Positions 17,518 through 26,891 of a stretch of 64,000 nt of DNA are shown piece after piece (the stretch's first letter is position 1; each line of letters opens with the position of its first letter). The notes beneath the pieces were generated by a model, which was not told the DNA's origin, searched no databases, and saw nothing but the letters and a program-made list of their open reading frames with translations. This DNA is from Parcubacteria group bacterium M10-OD1-1 (GTDB lineage: Bacteria > Patescibacteriota > Minisyncoccia > Moranbacterales > UBA2206): positions 4,345 to 68,344 of the forward strand of contig LSNL01000003.1 in assembly GCA_003056145.1 (NCBI GenBank), written 5' to 3'. The position numbers and the translations under genes were made by a program.

Positions 17518-19104
17518 TTATTTTAATATTGAAATTAAACTTTCTCCAGTCATATCAGCTGGTTGTTTCAGAGATAAAATCTCTAGAATAGTAGGTGCAA
17601 TATCACTTAATAGCCCAGAAACTTGCAAAATTCTATTTTCTTTTGGTTGAGCATAATGATTATGCGCAGTTACATACCAAAGAGGAACAGGATTAGAAGA
17701 GTGTTCTGTGTCTTTTTCTCCTGTTCTAGTATTAATCATTTCTTCAGCGTTTCCATGATCGGCAGTTATAAGTAACTGACCATCGGTCAAAAGAACATTT
17801 TTTATAATTTGTTCTAGGCAATGATCAATAGTTTCTGTGGCTTTAATAGTGGCTTCCTCGTTACCTGTATGTCCAACAATATCAGCATTAGCAAAGTTAA
17901 TTAAAATAAAGTCATAGCTATCATTTTGAATACTTTCAACAACTTTATCGGTAATTTCTTGGGCACTCATTTCTGGTTTTTCGTCAAAAGTTGCAACATC
18001 TTTAGAAGGAATGATAATACGATCTTCTAATGGATATGGTTCTTCATTACCTCCATTAAAAAAATAGGTAACATGAGCAAATTTTTCGGTCTCAGCAATT
18101 CTTAATTGATTTAAATTATTTTCACTGAGAACCTTGCTAAGACAATCGGTAACCTCAATTGGTGGAAAAGCAATTTCTACTGGTAGGTCAGCTTCGTATT
18201 GAGTCATGGTAACAAAGAATAAATTTTTGAAATCTCGGACGGGGAATTTAGAAAAACTAGGAATAGAAAAAGCTTTAGTCATTTGCCTGGCTCTATCTTC
18301 GCGATAATTAAAAAAGATAATGGAGTCATTTTCAGCTATTTTTCCAACTGGTATATTATTTTCATAAACTACTGCTGGCTCAATATATTCATCAAAAATT
18401 TCTTTTTTATAAGAATCTTTTAAATATTGTTCTGGATCTTCAGTTTTATTTCCTTTATTATTAACAATAGCATCGTAAGATTTTTTAATTCGATCCCAAT
18501 TATTATTTCTATCCATTGCGAAGTACCTACCTGAAATAGTGGCAATTTTCCCCACCTTATAACGTTTTAATCTTTGTTGTAATTCTTTAATGATCTCAGT
18601 ACCAGAAGTAGGGGATGAATCCCTTCCATCAGTAAAAACATGAAGAAAAACTTTTTTAACCTTTTGTTTTTGCATTAATTCTAGTAAGGCAAAAAGATGG
18701 TCTAAATTGGAATGAACAGAACCCTTACTAATTAAACCCATTAAGTGAAGAGCTGAGTCATGAGTTTTAGTATTTTCAATAGCCTTTAAAAAAACTGGGT
18801 TTGTAAAAAAAACACCATCTTGAATAGCCATATTAATTCTAGGCATATTTTGATAAATAATTTTTCCTGAACCTAGTGTCATATGCCCTACTTCAGAATT
18901 TCCAGGTTCTCCCCACGGTAATCCTACTGAAATACCAGAAGCTTGGATAGCTAATTTGGGGTAGTAACTGTTAAGTTTTTGAATGGTTGGTAAGGTGGCT
19001 TTAGAAATAGCATCACCCTTTCCTTTAGAGCCAATACCCCAACCGTCCAGAATAATTAAGGTCATTGGTTTTGGTTTTGTGACTTGAGAAATATCTTCAA
19101 TCAT
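17518..19104 (-). CDS. gpmI: 2,3-BPG-independent phosphoglycerate mutase
   Basis: LIILDGWG, GNSEVGH, AETEKFAHVT, DIVGHTG and TADHGNAE motifs. Confidence 0.97.
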   Translation of the reverse strand: MIEDISQVTKPKPMTLIILDGWGIGSKGKGDAISKATLPTIQKLNSYYPKLAIQASGISVGLPWGEPGNSEVGHMTLGSGKIIYQNMPRINMAIQDGVFFTNPVFLKAIENTKTHDSALHLMGLISKGSVHSNLDHLFALLELMQKQKVKKVFLHVFTDGRDSSPTSGTEIIKELQQRLKRYKVGKIATISGRYFAMDRNNNWDRIKKSYDAIVNNKGNKTEDPEQYLKDSYKKEIFDEYIEPAVVYENNIPVGKIAENDSIIFFNYREDRARQMTKAFSIPSFSKFPVRDFKNLFFVTMTQYEADLPVEIAFPPIEVTDCLSKVLSENNLNQLRIAETEKFAHVTYFFNGGNEEPYPLEDRIIIPSKDVATFDEKPEMSAQEITDKVVESIQNDSYDFILINFANADIVGHTGNEEATIKATETIDHCLEQIIKNVLLTDGQLLITADHGNAEEMINTRTGEKDTEHSSNPVPLWYVTAHNHYAQPKENRILQVSGLLSDIAPTILEILSLKQPADMTGESLISILK

Positions 19105-19159
19105 AAATAATATCTTTAAAAAATAAATCAGCTGTTTATGATTATTATTATACCACTTT

Positions 19160-19188
19160 TTGACAAAAAATTGTAATTAGACTACTAT
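19160..19188 (+). promoter_or_regulatory. sigma70 promoter of rny
   Basis: TTGACA, 17-nt spacer, TACTAT. Confidence 0.55.
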
Positions 19189-19353
19189 TTAAAATAGGCA
19201 AAACATTATTAATTTATTAAAATAGACGAATTTCTTTTGATAAGTCGGTCTAATATACATTAAAGAATAAATATTTTTAGTATTAAGTAGCTTTAGTAAA
19301 AAAAGTAAACAAAAATATGATTATTATTTATCAATTGAATAGAATAAAATATT

Positions 19354-20886
19354 ATGGAAATAAGTTTGACAATTCTTCTAGCGGAAATTTTGAGTTTAGT
19401 CGTGGGTTCAATTTTAGGTTACTTTACTCGACAAACAATCGCTAAAAAACAATTAAATACAGCCGAGGGAAAAGCTATTAGAGCAGTTGAAGAAGCAGAA
19501 AAAAAATCACAAGAGATTTTAATTGAGGCTAAAGATAAGGCCGTTAATATTTTAGAAGAAGCTAAAAAAAGAGAGCAAGAAAGAGAAAATCAGATAATGC
19601 GTTTAGAACAAAGATTAGAAAGACGAGAAGAATCATTAGATAAAAAAAATGAAGCCGTTGAACAAAATAAAGAATTATTAATAAAAAAAGAAAGAGAAAT
19701 TGAAACCATCAAAGAGGAGGTTAATGCAACTAAAAAAAAGGAATTAAAACGTTTAGAAAAAATAGCTGGACTTTCCAAAGAAGACGCGAAGAAAATACTT
19801 ATTCAACTAACTGAAGAAGAAAATAGGGATTTTTTAGCGAAAAAAATTAAAGAATTAGAAAATCAAGGACAAGAAGAGTTAGAGAAAAAATCTAGAGATA
19901 TTATGAGCCAAGCTATTCAAAAATATGCTGGTTCACACGCTGCCGATACTACAACTAGTTTAGTCAATATTTCATCGGATGAAATAAAAGGAAGAATTAT
20001 CGGGCGAGAAGGAAGAAATATTAAAGCATTAGAAAGATTAACAGGAATTGAAATTATTGTTGATGATACACCTGAAGCAATTGTAATTTCTGGTTTTGAT
20101 CCAATACGCAGAGAAACTGCTCGGATTGCGTTAGAAAAACTTATTGCAGATGGGAGAATTCATCCAACTAAAATTGAAGAAGCTGTAGAATTTGCTAAGA
20201 AAGAAATTAACAATAAAATTAGAGAGGCAGGGGAAGCGGCCGCTTATGATGTCGGAGTTGCTGGTTTAGAACCAAAATTGATTCATATTCTAGGTCGACT
20301 TCGTTATAGAACTAGTTTTGGACAAAATGCTTTACTGCATTCTCTGGAAGTAGCTCATTTGTCGGGAGCTTTGGCAGCTGAATTAGGATTAGATGTTAGT
20401 TTGGCTAAAAAGGCTGGTTTGTTACATGATATTGGAAAAGCTGTTGATCACGAAGTTCAAGGGACCCATGTTGAAATTGGAATTAAAATTTTAGAAAAGT
20501 TTAAAATAGGAGAAGATATTATCAAGGCGATGCGTTCTCATCATGAAGATTATCCTTTTGAAACTCCAGAATCAATGATTATTGCAGCTGCCGATGCTAT
20601 TTCAGCTTCTCGCCCAGGGGCTAGAAAAGATACTTTAGAAAATTATTTAAAACGATTAGAGGATCTTGAGGGAGTAGCTACTTCTTTTCCGGAAGTTGAA
20701 AAAAGTTATGCTATTCAAGCTGGAAGAGAAATTAGAGTTTTTGTTAAACCAGACAAAATTGATGATTTGGGAGCAATTAAACTTTCAAGAAGTATTGCAG
20801 ATAAAATTGAAGAAGAATTAAAATATCCAGGTGAAATTAAAGTGAATGTTATTAGAGAAGTGAGAGTTACCGAATATGCTCGTTAG
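19354..20886 (+). CDS. rny: Ribonuclease Y
   Basis: N-terminal TM, coiled coil, KH domain (KGRIIGREGRNI) and HD domain (LLHDIGKA). Confidence 0.97.
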   Translation: MEISLTILLAEILSLVVGSILGYFTRQTIAKKQLNTAEGKAIRAVEEAEKKSQEILIEAKDKAVNILEEAKKREQERENQIMRLEQRLERREESLDKKNEAVEQNKELLIKKEREIETIKEEVNATKKKELKRLEKIAGLSKEDAKKILIQLTEEENRDFLAKKIKELENQGQEELEKKSRDIMSQAIQKYAGSHAADTTTSLVNISSDEIKGRIIGREGRNIKALERLTGIEIIVDDTPEAIVISGFDPIRRETARIALEKLIADGRIHPTKIEEAVEFAKKEINNKIREAGEAAAYDVGVAGLEPKLIHILGRLRYRTSFGQNALLHSLEVAHLSGALAAELGLDVSLAKKAGLLHDIGKAVDHEVQGTHVEIGIKILEKFKIGEDIIKAMRSHHEDYPFETPESMIIAAADAISASRPGARKDTLENYLKRLEDLEGVATSFPEVEKSYAIQAGREIRVFVKPDKIDDLGAIKLSRSIADKIEEELKYPGEIKVNVIREVRVTEYAR

Positions 20887-21050
20887 AAAGAGTTAACTGA
20901 TAGTAACAAGGCAGTTGCTTTATATAAGGGAAAAGTTGTAGAATATAAATAAGACAGGAAGGTTGGTAACAATATTAATTAACGAAATATTTTTTTCTTG
21001 TTACCGTTTATTAGTTAACATTAAATAAAGCTAGAAAGGCAGGTGATATT

Positions 21051-21335
21051 ATGGCTAATCATATGAATAAGGACGCTTTGGTTTCGGCTATTGCTGAGAG
21101 AACTGAGATTTCAAAAAAGGATACTGAATTGGTTATTGACACAATGATGGAGGTTATTACTAAAACTTTAAGAGAAGGAGAAAAAGTAGCTTTGACTGGT
21201 TTTGGAATTTTTAGAGCTTCTAAGAGAGCAGCAAGAGTAGGGATTAATCCTCAAACTAAAGAAAAAATTGAAATTCCAGCGATGACTGTTCCTAAATTTA
21301 CTGCCGGGAAAGCTTTAAAAGAAGCTATTAGATAA
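21051..21335 (+). CDS. hup: HU family DNA-binding protein
   Basis: MNKDALV...GFGIF...GINPQTKEKIEIPA...FTAGKALK. Confidence 0.95.
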   Translation: MANHMNKDALVSAIAERTEISKKDTELVIDTMMEVITKTLREGEKVALTGFGIFRASKRAARVGINPQTKEKIEIPAMTVPKFTAGKALKEAIR

Positions 21336-21366
21336 ATTTGTATTACGAATTTTAATAAAAGATAGA

Positions 21367-21397
21367 AACAAAATCCTGTTTGAACGGGATTTTGTTA
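21367..21397 (+). terminator. Intrinsic terminator after hup
   Basis: aacaaaatcctgtt-tg-aacgggattttgtt. Confidence 0.7.
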
Positions 21398-21569
21398 TGG
21401 AACCAGAAGAGTTAAACAATTGACTAAATAGAAAGAATTTTTTTAGATAATTTTTATTAAAAGTAGCTAAGTGGCTATTTTTAATAAGAGAAAATAATTT
21501 AGATTATTTAAAAACTTAAAAATATTAAATATAATTAATTTATTAAAACTTTAGGAATAAAAATAGATA

Positions 21570-21598
21570 TTGACTGGAATCAAATTTAAAGATAGTAT
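21570..21598 (+). promoter_or_regulatory. sigma70 promoter for tRNA-Pro
   Basis: TTGACT, 17-nt spacer, TAGTAT, about 30 nt before the tRNA. Confidence 0.55.
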
Positions 21599-21629
21599 TA
21601 AATAGTGATTTAAAATAAAAATAAATTAA

Positions 21630-21700
21630 CGGAGTGTCGTATACCGGTAGTACGCATGTTTTGGGAACATGTTGACTGGGTTCGATTCCCAGCACTCCGA
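21630..21700 (+). tRNA. tRNA-Pro(TGG)
   Basis: CGGAGTG/CACTCCG acceptor stem, CATGT-TTTGGGA-ACATG anticodon arm, GGTTCGATTCC; CCA not encoded. Confidence 0.93.
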
Positions 21701-21920
21701 CTAAAAAAGTTGATTTATGATTGAATTTCAGGTAGGATAAGTTTTAGAATGAAAATTTCCGAAATACAGAAAAATAAGATAAATATCTAAATAGTTTTTC
21801 TGGACGAGGTTAATTTGCAGAAAGGAATGTTTTGATTGTAAAGATAACTATGAACGGGAAAAATATTTAAGTTTTAGATATAAAAAATAATTTTTCTGAA
21901 GTTTAATTAAAAAATAAATT

Positions 21921-21992
21921 GCGGGTGTCGTATAGTGGCTATTATATCAGCCTTCCAAGCTGAGGAGGGGGGTTCGATTCCCCCTACCCGCT
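21921..21992 (+). tRNA. tRNA-Gly(TCC)
   Basis: GCGGGTG/TACCCGC acceptor stem, TCAGC-CTTCCAA-GCTGA anticodon arm, U discriminator; CCA not encoded. Confidence 0.95.
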
Positions 21993-22000
21993 CAAAAATA

Positions 22001-22032
22001 AAAAAACTCTGGACTGGCTCTGGAGTTTTTTT
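22001..22032 (+). terminator. Terminator after tRNA-Gly
   Basis: aaaaaactct...ggagttttttt. Confidence 0.55.
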
Positions 22033-22376
22033 CTTTCTGTTAGTAGAATGGAGGATTGAATAGATAAATACAAACTAGAAAAGATACAAAAGAATTTTTA
22101 TAGAGAACGCTGATAAATTTGAGTAAGTGGGAATTTGGCATTAGCTAGAACAATGAGATTGAATTTATTGAGGCGAGATGAAACTTTCTTGACACTTAAA
22201 AGGTTGTTTAAGCTTTTGTTATTTTAGAGTAAAAATAATATTTGAAATAAATTATTGTACGAAAAGTAGTAATGGTATTTTATTAAGGGAGATGATGTTA
22301 TAATCTGTATTTAGAATAAAGTTTTAGCTAGAATAAGGTGTAAATATTAAGCTATTCTTTGGGTGAGGTGATAAAA

Positions 22377-22417
22377 GCTTGACAAGATTTTGTTTATCTG
22401 CTAGGGTGAACTTTAAA
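22377..22417 (+). promoter_or_regulatory. Accessory-cassette promoter, copy A
   Basis: TTGACA (22379), 17-nt spacer, TGc TAGGGT; matches 38822-38862 at 33/41 nt; boxA-like gttatttaacaa at 22433. Confidence 0.7.
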
Positions 22418-22498
22418 GGTATAAAAAAGAAAGTTATTTAACAATCATTGCCTAGGAAGGAGTTTCCTGGGTTAAAAAACTAAAAAAGGAGAGCGGTT

Positions 22499-23347
22499 AT
22501 GAAAAAAGAATTGTTACTGGTGTGTCTGGTGTGTTGTCTAATGGTTTTTCCAAGTCAAAGTTTTGCTGATTCGTCAGGCGTTGGAATCGCTGGCGCTCAG
22601 GCTGTTATTAACGGAGGGGATGTCCAGGTGAATCCTGGGCAAGTTGTGTCTCCAAGTGCGAATGCGAATCTGAGTATCGATTCGCATTCGAAAGTGAGCA
22701 ATCGTAATTTTTTGCAGACGGGATATCCAGCGGCCCCAGCGCCGATGACTTACTTTGGCCCCTGGAAAAAGGGACTACCGTATAATGTAATCCAACTTGC
22801 AGTTGGATCGGTATGGAAGTGGGCAGGAATGAGGAAGGTATCTTCCAGTAGTGCTAAAGCACTGTTAGAAGATATCCAACATCCATTTCCGCCGACGGCA
22901 GAAATAAAAGTTGTCTCCCCTGAGAAAGGGGAGGGAACCTTTGTCGGCAATATTGTTGTCCTAGTTGACAGCAATCAAGCGAGCTTTAACGCTCGCAACA
23001 TAGCTCTAAAAGTAGCCATGAAGGCTGGTGCCGACCAGCTGGAAATCTATTCCAACAATTACATTCAGAAGCCAACTAGCTCTGGTTGGCATTTCGGTTT
23101 TGGCGGTGGTGCCTCGGGCATCATCGGCAATGATAGCACATCAATTGCAGGCTCAGGAGGAACCGGATTTGGATCCTCCAGCCTTCATTTGGCGAGCCTT
23201 CCATTTATTAAGGCCCGTCTTTGGAGGTCAGCTACTGCAGTTGATTTGGCCAGCGTCAGCGAAGACGAAAGCTATGCACCGGCGGTCAAAGCCAAATCTT
23301 CTAATGAGGATTGGCATATAAAAGACTTAAGTAATTTTGACAATTAA
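22499..23347 (+). CDS. Secreted hypothetical protein (282 aa) with a Gly-rich beta-hairpin-like segment
   Basis: Sec signal peptide (MKK...SFA), SD aaggag, GC-richer than its flanks. Confidence 0.8.
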   Translation: MKKELLLVCLVCCLMVFPSQSFADSSGVGIAGAQAVINGGDVQVNPGQVVSPSANANLSIDSHSKVSNRNFLQTGYPAAPAPMTYFGPWKKGLPYNVIQLAVGSVWKWAGMRKVSSSSAKALLEDIQHPFPPTAEIKVVSPEKGEGTFVGNIVVLVDSNQASFNARNIALKVAMKAGADQLEIYSNNYIQKPTSSGWHFGFGGGASGIIGNDSTSIAGSGGTGFGSSSLHLASLPFIKARLWRSATAVDLASVSEDESYAPAVKAKSSNEDWHIKDLSNFDN

Positions 23348-23472
23348 CAAAAAAGGAGGTGATTTTCAGAATTTTCAGTAAGTAACACGAGTAACATAAC
23401 ATTCTCCATTCCTAGTTGGGATGGAGGTAATTATGGGACATTCCCGTGTCCCGAACAAAAAAGGAGAAAGTC

Positions 23473-23901
23473 ATGAAAAAGATGTTATCAAAAATGGCAG
23501 TATCGATGTCAATTATTGCCCTGATTATGGTTGCCATCCCGGCTCTTGCCCAATCAGGAGGAAGTGTGGAGGGAGGTAATTCGTCCTGGCTGTCAGGCTT
23601 TGATAATGGCATTACCCACATCTCGGCCAATCAACGATCCTGGCAACAGACAGTTATCCAGGTACCCGGTCAAACATTTAACGCCGTTTCAAACAGCAAC
23701 ACCGGGTTCCAGCTGAATGCTGCCGATGGCGTAGCCGCCGCCGAAACAACTACAGATATAGGTTTTTACACTAATTCTAGTGGAAACCTGGGAGCCTTTT
23801 CTGATGCCAATGTGGCATCGATCGCTGCAGGTAACGCCATGAGCATTACCTGGGCAGCCTCAAATTCTTCCCTGAGCCAATATGGTGGCGGGGAGCGATA
23901 G
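23473..23901 (+). CDS. Secreted Ser/Ala/Gly/Asn/Gln-rich hypothetical protein (142 aa)
   Basis: Start moved to 23473 after SD aaggag; signal peptide ending ALA; mature part is low-complexity with few basic residues. Confidence 0.75.
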   Translation: MKKMLSKMAVSMSIIALIMVAIPALAQSGGSVEGGNSSWLSGFDNGITHISANQRSWQQTVIQVPGQTFNAVSNSNTGFQLNAADGVAAAETTTDIGFYTNSSGNLGAFSDANVASIAAGNAMSITWAASNSSLSQYGGGER

Positions 23902-23917
23902 TCTAAAGGTTCTGCTG

Positions 23918-23958
23918 ATGCCACCAAGATATCTAATATCTTGGTGGCATTTTTTTTT
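23918..23958 (+). terminator. Perfect intrinsic terminator closing the secreted-pair islet
   Basis: atgccaccaagatat-cta-atatcttggtggcat followed by T8. Confidence 0.85.
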
Positions 23959-24016
23959 ATTAAATTTTAAGAGTTTTAGAATGGAAGCTAAAGCTCCTTT
24001 ATGATACAATGACAAA

Positions 24017-24805
24017 ATGAGGAAAGAGATAAGTTTAAATAAAATATTACTGGTGTTTTTGGTAAGCGTTTTTTTTAGCGGATGCGGTTTTTCTTCAAAT
24101 GGACAAAAAACAGAGATTGATTTAAAGTTAGATCAAAAGAAATTTATTTCAACAAAAAAGAATGTAGATAATATTCAAAAAAAAACAGTAGAGAATCATA
24201 AATCTACTAGTAATAAGGCTAAAGTTCTTAAAAAGGAAACAGCTCCTGTGACAAAGATAGTAACTTCTAGACAGAAAACAAAAAAAACCAAGACAGTGGC
24301 AAAAACTGAGACAAAAAATTTATTTACTGCAGATAGAGGATTGAAAATTAAGAATGATTTGGTTTCTTGGGGGTATCAAAAATATAACGGAACACGAAAA
24401 ATTGACACAATTATTATCCATTCTACCTATAATCCACTAGGAGGAGGACAATATGATTTTTCTAAAATTTTAGCTATCTATAAAAAATATAAAGTTTCAC
24501 CACATTATCTCATAGAAAGAGATGGAGCAATTTATCGCTTGGTTAAAGAAAACAATATTGCTTATCATGCTGGAATTAGTAGGGTTCCAGATAATAGGAC
24601 TAATGTTAATAATTTTTCTATTGGAATTGAGATGATTGGGAATAAAATCGATGGATATACTAAGGCACAATATAATTCAGTCAAGAAACTGATTAACCAA
24701 ATTAAGAGTGAATATAAAATAAAATATATTTTGGGACATAAAGATATTGCTCCTGGACGAAAAACTGATCCATGGAATTTTGATTGGAAAAAAATAAAAA
24801 AATAA
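24017..24805 (+). CDS. Lipoprotein N-acetylmuramoyl-L-alanine amidase (Amidase_2/AmpD-like)
   Basis: Lipobox FSGC; IIIHST, SPHYLI, AYHAG, SIGIE and GHKDIAPGRKTDP motifs. Confidence 0.9.
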   Translation: MRKEISLNKILLVFLVSVFFSGCGFSSNGQKTEIDLKLDQKKFISTKKNVDNIQKKTVENHKSTSNKAKVLKKETAPVTKIVTSRQKTKKTKTVAKTETKNLFTADRGLKIKNDLVSWGYQKYNGTRKIDTIIIHSTYNPLGGGQYDFSKILAIYKKYKVSPHYLIERDGAIYRLVKENNIAYHAGISRVPDNRTNVNNFSIGIEMIGNKIDGYTKAQYNSVKKLINQIKSEYKIKYILGHKDIAPGRKTDPWNFDWKKIKK

Positions 24806-25013
24806 ATAAAAGTCTTGCGAAAGTTAATCGTGAGGTAATTAGTGGAAATAGTTTTTAAGTGTAAACTAAAAAAGATAGAAACTCTAAGCCAACTAAATAA
24901 AAAGAAAAATTAGTTGTTGGCTATCTAGGAACTAAAAAATAAAAAACAAGGCAAGCTGACAAAAACTGAAAATTTTTTTTAGGGAGAGTAAGATTTAAAA
25001 AATAAAGATTAAT

Positions 25014-25535
25014 ATGATGGAAGAAAGAATAATTTTGGTAAATAAAAATAATCAGCCAATCGGAGCGGGAGAAAAATTAGCTGTTCACCAAAAGGGACAG
25101 TTGCACAGAGCTTTTTCGGTTTTAATTTTTAATTCTCAAGGGAAAATGCTTTTGCAAAAAAGAGCTAGTCATAAATATCACTCAGGCGGACTTTGGAGTA
25201 ATGCTTGTTGTAGCCATCCAAGAGTGGGAGAAGAATTAAAAGAAGCGGTGTCGTCAAGATTAATAGAAGAAATTGGGATTAAATGTAAGTTAAAAGAAAT
25301 ATTTAGTTTTACCTATAAAGTAAATTTTAAAAATGGACTAATTGAAAATGAATTTGATTATGTTTTTTTAGGAAAATTTGACGGAGAGCCAAAAATAAAT
25401 TTAGAAGAAGCAGAAGACTGCTGTTGGAAAAGTCTAGATGATATTAAAAAGGAAATTTTATTAACTCCTGAGAAATTTACTTTTTGGTTTAAAATAATTA
25501 TGAACAATAAGCTAGAAAGATATTTAAAAAAATGA
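25014..25535 (+). CDS. idi: Isopentenyl-diphosphate delta-isomerase type 1
   Basis: HQKGQLHRAFS, WSNACCSHP and ENEFDYVF motifs. Confidence 0.93.
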   Translation: MMEERIILVNKNNQPIGAGEKLAVHQKGQLHRAFSVLIFNSQGKMLLQKRASHKYHSGGLWSNACCSHPRVGEELKEAVSSRLIEEIGIKCKLKEIFSFTYKVNFKNGLIENEFDYVFLGKFDGEPKINLEEAEDCCWKSLDDIKKEILLTPEKFTFWFKIIMNNKLERYLKK

Positions 25536-25801
25536 AAATTATTATTGATATTAAAAATAGGAAAATAAAAATAGCTCTTTGGAGAAATCAGACAAAGATA
25601 GATTCTTTAAATATTGAAGAAGAACACACTCTTTCAGAACAATTATTGCCTCAAATTGATAAATTACTTCGTAATAATCAATTAGACTCACAAGCTATTG
25701 CGTCCGTAGAAGTGAAATCAGATCAAGGAGATAATTTTACTACTACAAGGATAGCTCGAGCAATGGCAGAAACTTGGAATTGGAATTTACAAAATTATTA
25801 A
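25532..25801 (+). CDS. Minimal TsaB/YeaZ-like protein (N-terminal lobe only)
   Basis: SEQLLPQIDKLL...VEV...QGDNFTTTRIA resembles TsaB H.E.LLP.I..LL...GPGSFTGLRI. Confidence 0.55.
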   Translation: MKIIIDIKNRKIKIALWRNQTKIDSLNIEEEHTLSEQLLPQIDKLLRNNQLDSQAIASVEVKSDQGDNFTTTRIARAMAETWNWNLQNY

Positions 25802-25835
25802 GATACCTAATTATTTTAAAAGTTATTAACTTAAT

Positions 25836-26429
25836 ATGGAAAATAAAATTAAGAAAATTTTAATTAGAATAGCCGAATTAGACGAAGCTTTAAGAAAAGA
25901 GTATTCTAAAATTTCTCAAAAATACGGATTTTCTATTAAACGAAAAAGAATTATATTTTTAGAAAAGATTAAAAGAAGAAACAGAAAATTTCGTATTCCT
26001 GCTTGGAAATATGCTTTGCCAAAAAATATTCGTCATCTTCTTTCTATTCCTTTCATTTATGCGATGATTATTCCTGTTATCTTGTTGGATTTTTTCGTTA
26101 CTATTTATCACTGGGTGGCTTTTCCTTTATATAAAATTCCAAAAGTACAACGAAGTGATTATATTATTTATGATAGGAGGTTTTTGGATTATTTAAATAT
26201 TATTCAAAAAATCAATTGTTTGTATTGTAGCTATGTTAATGGAATTTTTACTTATTCAGTTGAAATAGCTAAGCGTACTGAGAGATATTGGTGTCCAATT
26301 AAATCAGCTAGAAAACCAAAATTACCTTATAATTGGGATCAAGATTTTGCGGATTATGGTAATCCTCAAGAATGGAATCAAAAATTTAATCAAGTAGAGG
26401 GTTTTAAAAAAAAGCAGAAGACAAAATAA
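25836..26429 (+). CDS. Conserved-type membrane hypothetical protein with CxYC and YWCP motifs
   Basis: One hydrophobic segment; NCLYCSYVNG and RTERYWCPIK. Confidence 0.75.
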   Translation: MENKIKKILIRIAELDEALRKEYSKISQKYGFSIKRKRIIFLEKIKRRNRKFRIPAWKYALPKNIRHLLSIPFIYAMIIPVILLDFFVTIYHWVAFPLYKIPKVQRSDYIIYDRRFLDYLNIIQKINCLYCSYVNGIFTYSVEIAKRTERYWCPIKSARKPKLPYNWDQDFADYGNPQEWNQKFNQVEGFKKKQKTK

Positions 26430-26891
26430 AATATAACAACATTAAAACAAGGAGAGGATAAAAAATAATAAGAAATAAATATTATTTTTGATTGTTTGAT
26501 TGGGAGGTTAAAGCTGCATAAATTATTAATTGTAAGAACCTTTATAAAAGATTTTAATTTTTTAAATTGACAAAGAATAGGAAAATAAGATAGAATAAAA
26601 AAGGACTAAAAAGAATTATAAACAACAAGAAGCTGAAAGAAGAAAGAAGAAAGAAAAATTAAAAGGGTGTTTGAAAATGCAAAAAACTTGCAATTATTTT
26701 TTGTTCGTGTATAATGCTTAATATATTCTGGAACAGCTTTATTTTATATATATATTCTCTAAATTGACTTTAGAGATGTCACAATTCTGAATGCAAAAAA
26801 ATTAAATAATTTAAATACTTTATTATAGACTCATTTGTATTGTTTCCGTTCCAAGAAATTTCTTAGAACGGGCAAAATGAGAGTTATTTTT

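Noticed and set aside
23028-23716. Alternative-frame ORFs at 23028, 23412 and 23531
   Set aside because: They are nested in or antisense to signal-peptide-bearing genes that have clear SDs.
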